Source of the DNA: Hormoscilla sp.
Lineage (GTDB): Bacteria > Cyanobacteriota > Cyanobacteriia > Cyanobacteriales > Desertifilaceae
Direction of reading: 5' to 3'
DNA: 60,544 nucleotides
Assembly: GCA_051439505.1 (NCBI GenBank)
Contig: JBFRWI010000144.1
Span: 1 to 60,544 of the forward strand
Made by a program: the position numbers and the translations under genes. Positions 37,145-46,119 of the stretch are shown in pieces; position 1 is the stretch's first letter, and each line of letters starts with the position of its first letter. Below the pieces are notes generated by a model. That model was not told where the DNA came from. It did not search any database and worked only from the letters and a program-made list of their open reading frames with translations.

Positions 37145-38770
37145 ATGCCCACATTTCCCACCTATCGCGGCGAACTCCCCCCATGTCTGAATCCCCTCAA
37201 CCTGCGCCACTACTTATTGCTCTTCTACTGGGTTTACTTTCGTTCCACGGCGCTCAAATGCTATCTCTACCAAGCCGATGGAGAACTTTACACGGCATCG
37301 GGCTTGAATATCTTGAGCACGTTACGGCTGCCAGCATACCGCAATCTCTATCTGATGGTGCCCGGAGTGAGTCTGTTGCTCTCATCACTAATAAGCTTGC
37401 CTATTGTGCTAGCAACTAGCTGGATTCAAAATACACCAGTTAGCTTCTTGGGGGTTGGTAGAGGCGTCGCAATTGGCGTCGCAATTGGCGTCGCCATCGG
37501 CCTCGCCTTCGGCCTCGCCATCGGCGTCCGTAAGAGCGTAGCATTCGGCGTCGCGTGGGGCGCAGCCATCGGCGTAGCCTGGGGCGTAGCCTGGGGTGTA
37601 GCCATCGGCGTAGCCTGGGGCGTAGCCATCGGCGTCGCTTGGGGCGTAGCCATCGGCATCGCATTCGGCGTCGCCTGGGGCGTAGCATTTGGCGTAGCCT
37701 GGGGCGTCGCAGGGGACCTCGCCATCGGCGTCACCATCGGCGTGGCATTGGGCGTGGCATTCGGCATTGCCTTCGGCGTCACATTGGGCATCCCATGGGG
37801 CCTCGGGACTTTGCGCATGCCCTTTTACCCATTTCAGTTACCCTTAGCATTACGCAGCAGGTTTCGGGGAAGACATCCCTTAGAGTGGGATCAATTGGTC
37901 ATATTACCCCTGCCCGGAACGCAGCAGTTGCTAACTAGACGGTTACAGCAGGATGAGATAGGGGGATTGGGTCTTGTAGGTGATGTAGCTCGCAACCCAT
38001 TTCAGCGCCCTTACGCACAACAGGCACTACAAGCATATCTACACCGTCACTCAGCCCCGCTACAGTTTATCTATACTCTGCTTGCTTGCCCCGCTCTGAA
38101 TGAGTACGTTTTCACGCCATTTAGAAAGGAATATTGGGAGATAGTACCAGCAACTAGAAAGCTGCTACTGGGGGAACTCAATGGACAGTGGGTGGACTGC
38201 AAATTACCAGGTGAGGGTTTAATCTGGTGGCTGAGTTGGAGAGGGCGCGACTTGCGTCAGACGCCTCTGACTCACTTTGCAGGTATGCTCTACCAGTTAC
38301 TAGACGAAGAGACAGTCGTAATGGAAGATTTCGACCTATCTCGCTACCGTAAAACCTCCGATCGCTTGACCGACTACCCAGGGGGCGTAGAAATTGCCAA
38401 TTCTTTTGAAGCAATGGCAACCTTCTTATCTTACAACCATTTGTCCGCCCTACCCGCAGCAGTTGAGGTGGTCGAGAAGTTACAGTTACATCAAATATCT
38501 CTAGAAACAGCCATCCGCCCGGCAGTCATAACTGCTCTCACCCGTCTGGTCCAAATCGGTGCAGAAATAGCCACCTACCAAGATGGGACAACCCGGGCGA
38601 ACAAACAAGCAGCTCTCCTCCGCGCCACTGACGCCCTCGATAAGTTAGATGAATACATTATTGCTGAAGTAGTCGCCCCCGAACAGACAATTCTGCGGCG
38701 CATCATCCGCCAGTGGCGTCCGTTAGTGAGCGAAGCAGGTGGCGAGGGTGCATCTGGGATTTGCAAATAG
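37145..38770 (+). CDS. Membrane protein with GVA(W/I/F) tetrapeptide repeats, probably a C-terminally truncated STAND ATPase
   Basis: LNPLNLRHYLLLFYWVYFR start, ~25 GVAx repeats, then a helical region. The ORF ends at a (GACAAGGCT)n repeat with no P-loop. A possible C-terminal relic lies at 38854-38937. Confidence 0.65.
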   Translation: MPTFPTYRGELPPCLNPLNLRHYLLLFYWVYFRSTALKCYLYQADGELYTASGLNILSTLRLPAYRNLYLMVPGVSLLLSSLISLPIVLATSWIQNTPVSFLGVGRGVAIGVAIGVAIGLAFGLAIGVRKSVAFGVAWGAAIGVAWGVAWGVAIGVAWGVAIGVAWGVAIGIAFGVAWGVAFGVAWGVAGDLAIGVTIGVALGVAFGIAFGVTLGIPWGLGTLRMPFYPFQLPLALRSRFRGRHPLEWDQLVILPLPGTQQLLTRRLQQDEIGGLGLVGDVARNPFQRPYAQQALQAYLHRHSAPLQFIYTLLACPALNEYVFTPFRKEYWEIVPATRKLLLGELNGQWVDCKLPGEGLIWWLSWRGRDLRQTPLTHFAGMLYQLLDEETVVMEDFDLSRYRKTSDRLTDYPGGVEIANSFEAMATFLSYNHLSALPAAVEVVEKLQLHQISLETAIRPAVITALTRLVQIGAEIATYQDGTTRANKQAALLRATDALDKLDEYIIAEVVAPEQTILRRIIRQWRPLVSEAGGEGASGICK

Positions 38771-39069
38771 ACAAGGCTGACAAGGCTGACAAGGCTGACA
38801 AGGGGGGGGTTGGGCTCTTAAAGTCGGTGAAATTGAAATCAAACAATAGAGAGATGTCGCTTCGGGAACTGGTGGCAGAAACAGCAGTTACTCCCGAACA
38901 AGTTGAAGAGGCCCTGAATAGAGAAACTATGATGTAATAGAGTAGCGGGGCGATCGGTTTGCCTATACAGTGAAACTGATGCGGCGCTGGGTGGCGCGGC
39001 GAAATTCCTAGGGTGGGCACCGCCCACCGGGGTTGGGTTTCGTGCCCAGACCCAACCGGAGGGCGTAAG

Positions 39070-39273
39070 TCAAACCTCGACCACTTCTAACCATCCCCGC
39101 TTAACAGCATAGAACAGGCGAGTAACTATCTTTACGTCCTCATCGCTAACTTGAGAATTTACTTTTATTGATTCCCATGCTTGCAGGTCATTGTTAGTTA
39201 CTTTCCTCGCGTGGGAAAAATCATAAAATTGCTCGCAAATATTATGATTGGAGAAAAATAATTCATTATCCAT
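39070..39273 (-). CDS. Small ~67-aa family protein, array copy 1
   Basis: ...VSDEDVKIVTRLFYAVKRGWLEVVEV; AGGAGG RBS. Confidence 0.85.
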   Translation of the reverse strand: MDNELFFSNHNICEQFYDFSHARKVTNNDLQAWESIKVNSQVSDEDVKIVTRLFYAVKRGWLEVVEV

Positions 39274-39546
39274 CGTTCTATCCTCCTTGAAGGTTCCTGT
39301 CTATTGCTTTCAATGCTAGCCCGACAGAGAATCGTCCTAGTAGAGGAGGTTTACTGATTTTTGCTTCAGTAGATTCTCCAAATTGTTTTTCAGTATGCTT
39401 TCCCGATCGCTTCCGTGAATACTCCCATCCCTTCCGCTTTAAGGTCAGACTGCAAAATTATCCATAAAATAGCGATCGCCTGTGGGGACAAAGGGGGCGA
39501 TCGCGGATAATAAACCTAAGATATCGTACATCAAAACTGAGTGGAA

Positions 39547-39753
39547 TCAAACCTCGACCACTTCTAACCATCCTCGCTTGACAGCATGGAGCAGGCGAGT
39601 AACTATCTTGACTTCCTCATCGCTAAGTTCAGGATTAAATCTTATTGATTTCCATCGTTGCAGGTCATTGTTAGTTACTTTCCTCGCGTGGTAAAAATGA
39701 GAAAATTGCTCGCAAATATTACGTTCGGATAAAAATAATCCATTATCCATCAT
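39547..39753 (-). CDS. Small ~67-aa family protein, array copy 2
   Basis: ...LSDEEVKIVTRLLHAVKRGWLEVVEV; AGGAGG RBS; part of a ~410-bp direct duplication with copy 1. Confidence 0.85.
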   Translation of the reverse strand: MMDNGLFLSERNICEQFSHFYHARKVTNNDLQRWKSIRFNPELSDEEVKIVTRLLHAVKRGWLEVVEV

Positions 39754-40031
39754 TCTATCCTCCTTGAAGGTTTCTGTCTATTCCTTTCAATGCTAGCCCG
39801 ACAGAGAATCATCCTAGTAGAGGAGGTTTACTGATTTTTGCTTCAGTAGATTCTCCAATTTTTTTTTCAGTATGCTTTCCCAGTCGCTTCCGTGGATGCT
39901 CCCATCCCTTCCGCTTTAACGTCAGACTGCAAAATTATCAATAAAATAGCGATCGCCCCGTTCGTAGTCAGGACGAACGTCCTTCCCCGAGGGCGATCGC
40001 TGATAATCAACCCTATTATCTGAAGAGGGTG

Positions 40032-40250
40032 TTAAAGCTCAATTACTTCTAACCATCCTCATTTAACAGCATGAAACAGGCGGGTAACCAACTTGCTCTC
40101 CTCATCGCTAAGGGTAGAACTCAATCCTATTGATTTCCATCTTCGCAGCTCGTTGTTGGTTACTTTGCCCGCTTCGTAGATATCACCAAATTGCTCGACA
40201 AGATTCTGGTTGGAGAAAGCAAATCTCTTGTTTAGGGTGTGGTCATGCAT
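40032..40250 (-). pseudogene. Small ~67-aa family protein, array copy 3, with a nonsense codon
   Basis: Reads ...RLFHAVK*GWLEVIEL*. TGA at 40059-40061 replaces the conserved Arg codon; the original stop is at 40032-40034. Confidence 0.8.
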
Positions 40251-40518
40251 TAGTTGCAGCCCGATCCCGATCCCCCAAACCCCTCCCTTGCGTTACAAGG
40301 CAGAGCCTCGTAACGAGGGGGGGGGCTCCGGAAGCCCCCCTTTTTAAGGGGGGTTTGGGGGGATCTCCGGGGGGCTGGGGTCTCGATATTTTTATCAACG
40401 GGTTTTGAACACACCCAGGGGGGTGATGTCAGCCCCCCTTCCGTAAGGGGGGTTTGGGGGGATCCGCCGACAGGGATGGTTCATGAACGATCAACGGGTT
40501 GTGACCGCACCCCTATCT

Positions 40519-40722
40519 TTAAGCTTCGACCACTTGTAACCATCCCCGTTTCACTGCATGAAACAGACGGTTAACTATCTTACTGTCCTCATCGCTCAGT
40601 GCTTGATTTACCCCGAGCAATTCCCAGCGTCGCAAGTCATGGTTGCTAATTCTGCCGGAATCGTAAATATCCGAAAATTGCTCTGCCAGACTATACTTTT
40701 GGAAAATATATCTACTGTCCAT
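40519..40722 (-). CDS. Small ~67-aa family protein, array copy 4
   Basis: MDSRYIF...LSDEDSKIVNRLFHAVKRGWLQVVEA; start set to ATG 40722 by alignment to the paralogs. Confidence 0.85.
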   Translation of the reverse strand: MDSRYIFQKYSLAEQFSDIYDSGRISNHDLRRWELLGVNQALSDEDSKIVNRLFHAVKRGWLQVVEA

Positions 40723-40959
40723 CCCTTGCCAATAATCCTTTGGTAACTCCAAAAAGTAGAAAAATTGTTTCAAGCTTAATAGCACTGCTCCCATTCTAGT
40801 ACAGAAAATATGCCTATTTTTGCTTCCGTATATTCCCCTACCTTACTGGTTGGCGCGGTGAATAGTCGGATCTGATGGCGATAAATTCTGTTCTGCGGAC
40901 AGGGACAGACCGGATTTGGAGCCTACTAAGGCCCCTTCCCCTATCTGCTGCTATCCCCC

Positions 40960-41002
40960 ATTTTATCGCCAGTTCAGATCACTTTATGTATCCGTCACTA
41001 CA
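40960..41002 (-). promoter_or_regulatory. Canonical NtcA-activated (class II) promoter
   Basis: TGTA-N8-TACA (40987-41002), then exactly 22 nt, then TAAAAT (40965-40960) on the minus strand. Confidence 0.7.
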
Positions 41003-41217
41003 TTCGTCTCCCGGAACACTTTAATTTTTCGGCGTCGCACAGCGACACCAATGATAACTGACTTCAAGCTAGGCCACGCTTTGACCACAACTCATTATTA
41101 ATAACAACTAACAACTGACAACTGGCAACTGACAACCATCATCCAGTGAGTTGGTGCAATGCCAATTTTTCTTCTTTTTCTGTTCAAACTGCTTTCCGAA
41201 AGGCTTACGCAGATTTA

Positions 41218-41233
41218 TGTATCCTTTGCTACA
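41218..41233. promoter_or_regulatory. Second NtcA-type box
   Basis: TGTA-TCCTTTGC-TACA with the same TTTATGTATCC flank as the first box; no -10 at canonical spacing. Confidence 0.5.
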
Positions 41234-41238
41234 CTTTC

Positions 41239-41439
41239 TTAACCTTCAATCACTTTTAACCACCCCCGCTTCACCGCATGGAATAAGCGGGTAACCAGGG
41301 ATGCTTCCTCATCACTTAGTGTCGAGTCTCGGGCTAATTCCCACTGTTGCAGGTCCGCTTTGCTAATTCTGCCAGCACTGTATATATCGCAGAACTGCTC
41401 TGTGAGGGTGTATTGGGAAAGAATGAATTCGCTGTTCAT
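41239..41439 (-). CDS. Small ~67-aa family protein, array copy 5
   Basis: ...LSDEEASLVTRLFHAVKRGWLKVIEG. Confidence 0.85.
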   Translation of the reverse strand: MNSEFILSQYTLTEQFCDIYSAGRISKADLQQWELARDSTLSDEEASLVTRLFHAVKRGWLKVIEG

Positions 41440-41674
41440 AATTCGGAACCATCCTGAATCGAATTATATTTATAAACTCAATGTATCTTGACTGCGAACT
41501 ATTCCCGTCTAAGTTTATAAAGTTTTTAGATTTTGGTTAATGAGATATTAGATCTATATCATTTTTACAAAGAATAGGCAGACCACACCCTGGTTTCAGC
41601 CTTTTTTATTGCTCAAAATTGTATATGACAATACATTTTTACCCAAAACCCAGCAAGTTTTTGGGTTATGGCTC

Positions 41675-43114
41675 CTATGGTGCCGGCAACCAGACTGTAA
41701 AAGTGCTCCCTTCACCTAACTTGGATAGCACCGTGACGCGACCACCCATTCCTTCCACCAGGGTTTTGACGATCGACAAACCCAAACCGGTACCGCCAGT
41801 TGCCCGGGCCCTGGCTTCATCTACCCGATAAAATCTCTCGAAGATGCGGGTTTGATGTGCCAGCGGTATGCCACATCCAGTGTCGCAGACAGCAATTGAC
41901 GCCTGGGAATCCTGGCGATCTAACTTAACGGTCACCGGTTTGTCCGGGTCGGAATATTTGACTGCATTGTCAATTAGATTCAGCAGCACCTGCTTGAGAC
42001 GATTGCGGTCTGCTGCTACTTCCATCGGATGGGAATCTGCGGACAGAATAATTTGACGATTACTATATTGTCGTGCCATCCCCACTACTTCTGACAATAA
42101 ATCATTCAGTATTATTACCTCTAGCTGAAGGTGGATGTGACCGCTGTCTGCCCTGGCTAAGTCGAGTAAATCTTGCAATAATTGAATGGTCCGATCGGCC
42201 TCTCCCGCAGCTGTTGCCAATGCTTCTCGCTGAGGTTCTGTTAGGTTAACTCCGCGTCTGAGGGTACTTTGAACGTATCCAGCTACAATAGTCAAGGGCG
42301 TGCGCAATTCGTGGGAGACATTGCTGACAAATTGTCGCTGTTGTTCCCAAGATTCAGACAGTCGAGATAACATGATGTCCAGGGTACGGGCTAATTCTCT
42401 CACCTCGCTGGGAGCGCAGTCTAGCTGCACCCGTGCCTTACCTAAATCATCAGCAGAAATGGCCCTAGCATGTTGAGATATCTGTCGCACCGGTTCTAGC
42501 GATCGCCTGACATACAGGGCAATGGCCACCGTTATTCCGGCGATGGCCAAAATGGTAGCAATCAGCAAGCTACCCATCATCGACAGTAGCATCCTGCGAT
42601 CGTCTGTAATGTCCTGAGCCACATATAATTTCCCCAATTGATTACCTCCTACCACCAAGGGGCCACTACAAATTGCCAGATATTGGTCGTTGAGGCCGTA
42701 GACTTGGGGGGCGATCGGGCGATTGGAAATAGACCTTAAAGCAGAATATAGCTGATTTTCAAGTGCCTGGGGAGCTGACTTAGTTAAAATCATACCATCA
42801 GTAATTTCTACCCAGAGTAAGAGATTGGCAGTATTAGTATCATCAATCGCTTTTTGCAATCCTACCTGGAAGGAAAACTGCTGAGAATATATTTCCACAT
42901 CCCTGGGAAATCGCTCGGCCACATATTGGATATTCTGCTTGTGCGCAGAAATTAGCTGCTGATGCATTTTCCAGCTAGTATAGAGGGCCACGCTGCCCAG
43001 TCCTAAAGCTGAAACCCCAGCAATGCCTACCGTCAGACGGAACTGTAGTGAATTTGGGTCAATGCGACCCCATAATCGGGCCAATTTTTGCTGCCAAATG
43101 CTGGTAAATATCAT
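41675..43114 (-). CDS. Membrane sensor histidine kinase (2 TM, HAMP, HisKA, HATPase)
   Basis: H-box FVSNVSHELRTPL, N-box NLIDNAVKYS, G-boxes DTGCGI and GGTGLGL. Confidence 0.95.
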   Translation of the reverse strand: MIFTSIWQQKLARLWGRIDPNSLQFRLTVGIAGVSALGLGSVALYTSWKMHQQLISAHKQNIQYVAERFPRDVEIYSQQFSFQVGLQKAIDDTNTANLLLWVEITDGMILTKSAPQALENQLYSALRSISNRPIAPQVYGLNDQYLAICSGPLVVGGNQLGKLYVAQDITDDRRMLLSMMGSLLIATILAIAGITVAIALYVRRSLEPVRQISQHARAISADDLGKARVQLDCAPSEVRELARTLDIMLSRLSESWEQQRQFVSNVSHELRTPLTIVAGYVQSTLRRGVNLTEPQREALATAAGEADRTIQLLQDLLDLARADSGHIHLQLEVIILNDLLSEVVGMARQYSNRQIILSADSHPMEVAADRNRLKQVLLNLIDNAVKYSDPDKPVTVKLDRQDSQASIAVCDTGCGIPLAHQTRIFERFYRVDEARARATGGTGLGLSIVKTLVEGMGGRVTVLSKLGEGSTFTVWLPAP

Positions 43115-43225
43115 AATATAAAGATTTTCGATCGACTGGGAGTTGTTTTCACGCTTTCAGTTTAACAAGCGATTCTGAGAAAAACCTGATATAATTATGA
43201 GTATTTGGTACCAACGGACAAGAAA

Positions 43226-43867
43226 ATGAATATTTTTATAGAAGCTTATGAATATGGGGCCAATAATCCCGAGGAGCTGGTGAAAGCGCTACAGGAACAT
43301 CTGCTACTGGTAGCGGTGCCACTGGCTATTAGCTTAGTTATGGGTTTACCCTTGGGGTGGCTTTCTTCGCGATCGGCCACTGTCTCGACTATTGTGATTA
43401 ATACTTTCAACTCCCTGCGGGTGATTCCCAGTCTGGCAATTTTATTCCTAGCTATCCCCTATTTTGGACTTAGCTTCCAATCAGCGGCGATCGCCCTGAC
43501 GATTTTAGCCATGCCACCTATTTTAATTAGCACGGATGTCGCCTTCCGCACAATCAATCCTGCCATTGTTGAAGCGGCCTATGGCATGGGGATGCTACCG
43601 GCACAAGTGCTGCGCCAGATTGAAATTCCCTTGGCCCTGCCCGCGATCGTCGCTGGGATTAAAACCGCTACAGTGGAAGTCATTGCCAGTGCCACCCTGG
43701 CTGCTTTTATCGGTGCTGGGGGATTGGGATCCTTGATCGTTCTGGGTTTTGCCCTCTACGATAATTCCGTTCTACTGGTGGGTGCCATTCCCGTGGCCCT
43801 CCTCGCCCTGACTGCTGAAGTCAGTCTCAGTGCTTTAGAAAGATTCTTGCGACCCCCCGTCAGGTAA
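43226..43867 (+). CDS. Osmoprotectant ABC transporter permease (ProW/OpuCB-like), on the opposite strand to the rest of the operon
   Basis: VIPSLAIL, EAAYGMGM, EIPLALP and FIGAGGLG motifs. Confidence 0.9.
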   Translation: MNIFIEAYEYGANNPEELVKALQEHLLLVAVPLAISLVMGLPLGWLSSRSATVSTIVINTFNSLRVIPSLAILFLAIPYFGLSFQSAAIALTILAMPPILISTDVAFRTINPAIVEAAYGMGMLPAQVLRQIEIPLALPAIVAGIKTATVEVIASATLAAFIGAGGLGSLIVLGFALYDNSVLLVGAIPVALLALTAEVSLSALERFLRPPVR

Positions 43868-44021
43868 GTAGTTCGTAGTTCGTAGTTCGTAGTTCGTAGT
43901 TTTTTGAAGTTGGAATGTAAATATAGCTGAACCTCTTTTGGGGAGACTATTTCAGCCATTTACGTAAATATTTACTCTCATTTTACATTCAGCAGTTTAC
44001 CAATGCACACCTACTTAATGA

Positions 44022-45440
44022 TTAATTATTTTTTTGCTTCTGTTTCAGGGTCAGGGGAATTTCAATAATCAACTCGGTCCCTTTGCCCAACTCTGATACG
44101 CAATCCAAACTGCCTTGATGTTGTTGGATAATCTGGTAGCTAACTGCTAAGCCTAGTCCCGTGCCCGCACCAACTTTTTTAGTAGTATAAAAGGGGTCAT
44201 AGATTTTATAGATGGTTTCGGGCTTGATGCCAATGCCGTTATCAGCGATGCGAATTTGCACCCGATCGCTCTCCAGTAAAGCCGTGCTAATCTCAATGGT
44301 GAGTGATTTATTCTCGGTTTCCTTGACTTCTGCTAAAGCATCAACAGCATTAGTTAAGATCTGCAAAAATACCTGATTTAGTTCCGATGCGTAGCATTCT
44401 ACTTTGGGAATGCGATCGTAATTTTTGATCACTTGAATAGCCCGGGCCTGCTTTGAAAAGCGATATTGTAAAAGCAGGAGGGCGCTGTCAATGTTATCAT
44501 GGATATTCACGAACTTGATCTGGGCTTCATCCAGACGGGAGAAAGTCCGCATTGATTTAACAATCTTTCTAATGCGCCCAGCTCCATTTTTCATTGAACC
44601 CAAGAGTTTTGGCAAATCTTCAGCGAGAAATTCTAAGTCGATCGCTTCTATTTCTGCTTCGATCTCCAGAACTGGTTCTGGATAATACTGCTGATAAAGT
44701 TTAACCAATCCCAACAGATCCCTGCTATAGTCAATTGCGGGACTGACATTGCCATAAATAAAGCTGACGGGATTGTTGAATTCGTGCGCGATACCCGCCA
44801 CCATTTTTCCCAGGGCGGACATTTTTTCCGCTTGCACGAGTTGAGTTTGGGCTTGTTGCAGTCGTCCCAGGGTTCGTTCGAGAGATGCCTGTGCTAAGGT
44901 ACGTTCTTGGTTTTCCCGTTCCAAAGTTGCGTTTGCTTGGGCTAAAGCTGCCGTGCGATCGGCTACCCGTTGTTCTAACTCAAAAGTCAGTTGGCTAAGT
45001 TCCTGTTCGGCTAGGATGCGATCGCTAATTTCCTGTTGCAGGGCTAAATTAGTCTGTCTGAGTTGTGCGGGACTGGGAATCATCATCACTTTGGGAACTA
45101 AGGGGACCATTACTGCACCCGTAGTCAGGGAAACTGTAGCGCAGACGGCTTTCAGGAAACCCGACAGCCAATAGTCGGGGTGCCAAAGGGTCCAGATATC
45201 CATCCCGTGGGTAATGCCGCAAGAGACAATGAAGGATCCGAACAGCAGGAAAATCCAGTCGAAGGGAATGTCGCCTCGCTGCTTGACTAGGTAAACTAAC
45301 ACTATGGGAATCCAAGCATAGGCCAAGGCGATGAGCGCATCTGAAACAACATGCAGCCACACCAACCCGGGTTTCCAAAGAAAGCAATGTCCGTGGGGAA
45401 TAAAAGTACCGCTAAAAAAGTTACTGAATACTTCGGCCAT
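44022..45440 (-). CDS. Histidine kinase with an N-terminal ethylene-receptor (ETR1-like) membrane domain
   Basis: FIPHGHC.LW, SDALIALAY, FIVSCGITH (Cys-x3-His) and KAVCA; H-box AGIAHEFNNP; GTGLGL. Confidence 0.85.
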   Translation of the reverse strand: MAEVFSNFFSGTFIPHGHCFLWKPGLVWLHVVSDALIALAYAWIPIVLVYLVKQRGDIPFDWIFLLFGSFIVSCGITHGMDIWTLWHPDYWLSGFLKAVCATVSLTTGAVMVPLVPKVMMIPSPAQLRQTNLALQQEISDRILAEQELSQLTFELEQRVADRTAALAQANATLERENQERTLAQASLERTLGRLQQAQTQLVQAEKMSALGKMVAGIAHEFNNPVSFIYGNVSPAIDYSRDLLGLVKLYQQYYPEPVLEIEAEIEAIDLEFLAEDLPKLLGSMKNGAGRIRKIVKSMRTFSRLDEAQIKFVNIHDNIDSALLLLQYRFSKQARAIQVIKNYDRIPKVECYASELNQVFLQILTNAVDALAEVKETENKSLTIEISTALLESDRVQIRIADNGIGIKPETIYKIYDPFYTTKKVGAGTGLGLAVSYQIIQQHQGSLDCVSELGKGTELIIEIPLTLKQKQKNN

Positions 45441-45474
45441 AAAAAATCCTCAAATACTGGCAACTGACAACTGA

Positions 45475-46107
45475 CTACGTCTTCTGAATGCGCCTGCTGG
45501 GATTAGCTAACCATTCCAGTGCCAACAAGCCGCCATTAATAGCAAAAGCTAGCAGAGAAACAGCGATCGCGCCCGCCCAGATTTTATCATTACGATTTTG
45601 AGCGATGCCATCAAACAGGAGCACTCCCAGTCCTCCCGCACCAAACTTTGCCCCAACAGTAGCAATAGCAATACCGACAATCGCTGCGATCCGCAACCCG
45701 GCGATAAAAATCGGCAAGATCAGCGGCACCTGCACCCACCACCATCGCTGCCAAGGATTCATTCCCATTCCCAACGCTGCTTCGCTAATTGTAGCAGGAA
45801 TCGATTCTAATCCTACCACGAGATTGCGTACCAGAATCACTTGGGCATAGATCACCATCCCAGCAATCACTGAGGCCGGATTTAATCCAAAAATTGGCAC
45901 TAGCAGAATAATTAGTGCCAGACTCGGGATGGTGTAGAACACTCCCAGCAACCCGATCGTTGGTACTTTCAACCAGCGGTAGCGCGTGACTAGCAATCCT
46001 ATAGGTAAAGCGATCGAGACGGCGAGCACCAGGGTCGTGCCAATTAATAGCAGATGTTCCAGCAGCAGATTCCCAACAATTCCCGGATTCTTAATTATAT
46101 AGCTCAC
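45475..46107 (-). CDS. Osmoprotectant ABC transporter permease
   Basis: YTIPSLAL, EAALGMGM and GAGGLG motifs. Confidence 0.9.
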   Translation of the reverse strand: MSYIIKNPGIVGNLLLEHLLLIGTTLVLAVSIALPIGLLVTRYRWLKVPTIGLLGVFYTIPSLALIILLVPIFGLNPASVIAGMVIYAQVILVRNLVVGLESIPATISEAALGMGMNPWQRWWWVQVPLILPIFIAGLRIAAIVGIAIATVGAKFGAGGLGVLLFDGIAQNRNDKIWAGAIAVSLLAFAINGGLLALEWLANPSRRIQKT

Positions 46108-46119
46108 AGTTTTCGCTCG

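Noticed and set aside
37426..37938. ATP(Q/M/N)-repeat and Arg-rich ORFs
   Set aside because: These are antisense or alternate-frame shadows of the GVAx repeat region of 37145-38770.
40059..40061. Programmed TGA readthrough or selenocysteine in array copy 3
   Set aside because: The aligned residue is Arg (CGA/CGG in paralogs), so a C-to-T nonsense change is the simpler explanation.
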